Shown here: positions 59,835-64,000 of the stretch, one piece after another
How positions within the stretch are numbered: position 1 is the stretch's first letter
Layout: the number at the start of each line of letters is the position of its first letter
Assembly (NCBI RefSeq): GCF_004010195.1
Contig: NC_057718.1
Location: 15,039,992 to 15,103,991 of the forward strand
DNA length: 64,000 bases
Reading direction: 5' to 3'
From: Chiloscyllium plagiosum
Lineage: Eukaryota
Notes under the pieces: model-generated
Told to the model about the DNA's origin: nothing
What the model saw: only the letters and a program-made list of their open reading frames with translations
The model's database searches: none
Translations under genes and position numbers: made by a program

Positions 59835-61878
59835 TTTCACTCCCTCACCAGTCTGTATACCTAACACTGTTGCCAAATACCTGACTAATGCTGAAAAATG
59901 TGTTGCTGGAAAAGCGCAGCAGGTCAGGTAGGATCCAAGGAGCAGGAGAATTGACGTTTCGGGAGGGGCGGGGTTCAAGGGCGGAGGAGCGGGAAGTGGA
60001 GGAGATGCAGTGGAGAGCATCATCAACCACGTCTGAGGGGAATTTGCAGTCTTAGAAGATGGAGGCCATCTGGGTTGTTCGGTATTGAATTGGTCCTCCT
60101 GGGAGCAGATGCGGCGGAGGCGAAGGAATTGGGAAAACCCGCCACCAGGACAGAAAACCCCCTCCCCTCCAATCACCACCAGGACAGAACCCCACTGGTC
60201 CTTACCTACCACCCCACCAACCTCCATATACATCGTATCATCCGTCATCATTTCCGCCACCTCCAAACGGACCCCTATCATCCTTCGTCATTTCCGCCAC
60301 CTCCAAACAGATCCCACCACCAAGGATATATTTCTCTCTCCTCCCTTATCAGCATTCCGGAAAGACCACTCCCTCCGTGACTCCCTCGTCAGGTCCACAC
60401 CCCCCACCAACCCAACTTCCACTCCTGTCACCTTCCCCTGCAACCGCAAGAAATGCAAAACTTGCGCCCACACCTCCCCCCTCTCCAAGGTGCCAAGGGA
60501 TCCTTCCATATCCGTCACAAATTCACCTGCACCTCCACACACATCATTTACTGCATCCGCTGCACCCGATGTGGCCTCCTCTACATTGGGGAAACAGGCT
60601 GTCTACTTGCGGAACGTTTCAGAGAACACCTCTGGGACACCCGCACCAACCAACCCAACCACTCTGTGGCTGAACACTTTAACTCCCTCTCCCACTCCAC
60701 CAAAGACATGCAGGTCCTTGGCCTCCTCCATCACCAGACCATGGCAACATGACGCCTGGAGGAGGAGCGCCTCATTTTCCGCCTAGGAACCCTCCAACCA
60801 CAAGGGATGAACTCGGATTTCACCAGNNNNNNNNNNNNNNNNNNNNNNNNNNNNNNNNNNNNNCACACCCTCCTCATTCCTGAAGAAGGGCTTATGTCCG
60901 AAACATCGATTCTCCTGCTCCTTGGATGCTGCCTGACCTGCTGCGCTTTTCCAGCAACACATTTTTCAGCTCTGATCTCCAGCATCTGCAGTCCTCACTT
61001 TCTCCAAATACCTGACTAATGCCATTTACAAGTTCACTGATAACACTACCATAGTCGGTCGAATCTCAGGTGACAATGAAACAGACTACAGATGGGAGGT
61101 GGAAGATCAGGAAAAATGGAACACTGAGAACAACACTATTTGCCAGCTCTCAACACTGGCAAAACCAAGGAATACAGAGGTGTAATGAGTGGAGTGTGTC
61201 AAGCTCCTGGGAGTGGTCATCCACAACAAGCGTTCTTGGACTCTTCATGAGGACGCACTGGTTACAAAGGCCCAACAACGTCTCTTTTTCCTCAGGCAGC
61301 TGAGGAAATTTGGCATGACTCAGGCTTGAAGGGCCGAACGGCCTGTTCATGGGCTGTAAATTTTCTTTGTTCTATGACAGTGAATACCCTTGCCAACTTT
61401 TATAAGTGCACCATCGAGAGCATTCCGTCTGAATGTATCATGGCCTGGTATGGCAACTGTAACATTCAAGATTGGAGACGGTTACAGAGAGTGGTGAACT
61501 GAACTGAACAATCGCAAAGGCCAGACGCCATCTATAGAATCCATCTACCAGGCCCGCTGTCAAGGAAAGGCCGCCAGCAATCTTAAATATCCATCCCACC
61601 CTGGCAATGCTTTTCTACAACCTCTACCATCGGGGAGAAGGTACAGAAGCCTGAACACACGCACTAGCCAGTTTCAAAACAGTTTCTACCCTACTGCTGT
61701 TAGAATACTGAATGGACTCACAAACTCTTAACATTCGCCTGTACCTGTGTTTTTGTTTTTGCTGCTGTTTACCTATTATTTACTTATCTATGCTTCTTAA
61801 TTCTGATCTGCCTGTATTGCTTGCAAGACAAAGCTTTTCACTGTGCCTTGGTACACATGACAATAAATTCAATTCAGT
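59835..61878 (+). mobile_element. Rex1/Babar-clade LINE 3' part, interrupted by the PLE at 59890-61005
   Basis: AIYKFTDNTTIVGRISGDNETDYRWEV; KAQQRLFFLRQLRKFGM; LANFYKCTIESI...WYGNC; PLPSGRRYRSL...FQNSFYP. Tail caataaattcaattca. Confidence 0.85.
59890..61005 (+). mobile_element. Neptune-type PLE (family B), 5'-truncated with inverted segments, inverted terminal repeat and 15-19 bp TSD; 37-N gap at 60827-60863
   Basis: RTPLVLTYHP...PCNRKKCKTC (Cys-rich linker)...FTCTSTHIIYCIRCTRCGLLYIGETG...RFREHL...VAEHFN (GIY-YIG). Direct repeat ccaaatacctgactaatgc at 59873-59891 and 61004-61022. Confidence 0.93.
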
Positions 61879-62294
61879 CATCCAACCTTCCACTTAACTT
61901 TATGCAGTTATATAATTTTCCTCAAGTTTGATGCTTTCCCTAACCTATTTCATTAATCACAGATGGTGGGTAATTCCTTCAGATGTTTTCTTCATCAGAA
62001 GAATGTATGCATGCCGATGATTCTGAAATCTCCCTTTAAAAGGTCTGTTATTGTCTCGATCAATCTGCTAGCCTAGGGAGCCAGTTCCCTTCAGCTAGCT
62101 CAGTTAAAGTACTAGTCTTAGACCTAATCTTCTCCCTATCAAACTGGAGTAACATTCAATTATTTGTGGTTGCTTAACTGAGGTGTACTTTAACTCTAAG
62201 GTCACTGATTAATTCTGCGACTATATACAAGACCAAATCTGACACAACCTGCCCTCTGGTAAACAATCCTCAAAGCATTCGATGAATGTGACAG

Positions 62295-63111
62295 ACAGGA
62301 GCTGGGCTGAGAAATGGCAGATGGAGTTCAACCTGGATAAATGCGAAGTGATGCATTTTGGAAGGTTGAACTTGAATGCTGAATATAGGATTAAAGACAG
62401 GATTCTTAGCAGTGTGGAGGAACAGAGAGATCTTGGTGTTCAAGTGCATAGATCCCTCAAAGTTGCCACCCAAGTAGATAGGGTTGCTAAGAAAGCAAAT
62501 GGTGTTTTGGCTTTCATTACCAGGGGATCGAATTTAAGAGCTGCGAGGTTTTACTGTGAGACCATACTTGGAATATTGTGTCCAGTTCTGGTCGCCCAAT
62601 TATAGGAAAGATACGTAGGCTTTCAAGAGGGTGCAAAGAAGCTTTACCAGGATTCTGCCTGGACTGGAGGGTTTGTCTTGTGAACAGAGGATGACTAAGC
62701 TCGGACTTTTCTCCCTGGAGAGAAGGAGGAAGAGAGGTGACCTGATCGAGGTATACAAGATAATGAGAGGCATGGATAGAGTCGATAGCCAGAGATGATT
62801 CCCTAGGGCAGGATTGACTGGCACAACAGATCATAGTTATAAGATATTAGTAGGAAGTTATATAGAAGATGTCAAAGGTAGGTTCTTTACGCAAAGAGTT
62901 GTGAATGCATGGAATGTGTTGCCACTGGTGGTGGTGGAAACAGAGTCATTAGGGACATTTAAGCGACCGTTGGACATGCACATGGACAGCAGTGAATTGA
63001 GGGGTGCATAGGTTAGGTTATTTTATTTTAGATTAGGAATAATCTTCAGCACAACATCGTGGGCAGAAGGGCCTGTTCTGTGCTGTAATTTTCTATGTTC
63101 TATGTTCTATG
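62295..63111 (+). mobile_element. CR1 LINE 3' fragment (~820 bp)
   Basis: SWAEKWQMEFNLDKCEVMHFG...EQRDLGVQVHRSLKV and tail (tctatgt)n. Confidence 0.92.
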
Positions 63112-63114
63112 AAG

Positions 63115-64000
63115 TCCTTATCCAGGCTACTGCTACCAATCTGATTTTTTCCAATTTTTATGAAGATTAAAGTCACTCGTGATTATGACGAACCCTTCAT
63201 CACGTGCTCACCTGAACCACGGTTATCTTGGACTATTGCATAAAAGCCCTTCACAGTGCTAGCCCTTCACCTTTACCTACCTTCATAACTTTCTTCAAAG
63301 TCATATATGCCTCAATATTCAGAACCCAATCCACATCATCCTGAAACCACATCCCTGTAATGGCGATCAGATCGTATTGATTGACTTCAATGCACATGAT
63401 CAATTAATTTACAATGAATTACTAAGCTTATTCAAACAGAGTCTTTTTCTTATCTTTGTAACACTTAGTCTTGATTGTTGGTGCATTCCTCGGTTTTGTT
63501 TTCTCTCTCCGCCAGCCTGCCATTCTCTAGCCCTTATTTTCCAGAGCCATTATTTTCCGCTCTTACATTGTCTCCACTCTTTGATGCAGCACATCTTTCC
63601 TCAATTGATCCCTTGCCCCCACTATTTAGTTTAAAGCCCTCTCTACTTTCCTAGTTGATGTGGTTTGGAAGAATCGTGGCCCCAGCACAGGTCCAGTGGA
63701 GACTGCTCCAAAGGACCGGCCTCCAATTTTCCCAATTCTGCTGCTATTGGCCCATGAACCAGAACCCACTTCTTCCACATCAGTCTTAGAGCCATGCATT
63801 CATTGCGCTAATGTATTTTATGCCAATGTGCATGCAGATCAGGCAACAATTACAATCTTTGAGGTTCTTTTTAATTTCATGCCTCGCCCCTTATACTCCT
63901 TCAATGAAAACCTGTTCTTAGTTGTACCCATGTTATTGGTATCCACATGGACCACAACTTAAGAGTTGTTGCAGCCTCTCCAACCTATCCATGTAAGTGA
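63115..64000 (-). mobile_element. Old CR1 LINE 5' region (ORF1 esterase / endonuclease start), degraded; probably continues at ~61880-62270
   Basis: Reverse VVVHVDTNNMGT (GTND-like SGNH block), ORF1 end GFKL* and YDLIAITGMW-like EN motif. Confidence 0.6.

Larger units (their letters stand above)
38052..64000 (-). other. SMYD3: Probable 3' part of SMYD3 intron 1 (exon 1 not found in window)
   Basis: No exon encoding the N-terminal SET segment (GxGLRA...CxxC) was found by eye between 38052 and 64000. Confidence 0.65.

Overview
Vertebrate genomic DNA, most likely shark/elasmobranch (HE1-type V-SINEs, HER1/CR1 LINEs, DeuSINE-like SINEs), with three N-gaps. The window lies inside a large minus-strand gene that the ORF track misses. 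Two short spliced exons (37988-38051, 64 nt; 196-303, 108 nt) join in frame to encode a MYND zinc finger plus the following segment, (x)EGSLLRCSQCKMARYCSTVCQ|KLAWLDHKRECKCLRSIYPKVPTDMTRLVARIIFKL, which matches SMYD3 exons 2 and 3. Intron 2 is 37,684 nt, and exon 1 was not found, so it probably lies beyond 64000. The rest is intronic and dominated by retroelements: CR1/HER1, a second CR1/L2-group LINE, Rex1/Babar, RTE, three SINE families and at least five Penelope-like element (PLE) families, labelled A-E here for convenience. The most striking system is the PLE set. Each family's terminal repeat carries a minimal type I hammerhead ribozyme with family-specific compensatory stems. Many copies are short head-to-head inverted elements with 10-19 bp target-site duplications (TSDs), and in these only one arm carries a ~35-40 nt terminal tail. 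Several intact-core hammerheads lie in the sense orientation of the SMYD3 pre-mRNA. A frame-compatible 144-nt candidate cassette exon lies in intron 2. Repeat boundaries and family names were assigned by eye and from memory of consensus motifs, not by database search.
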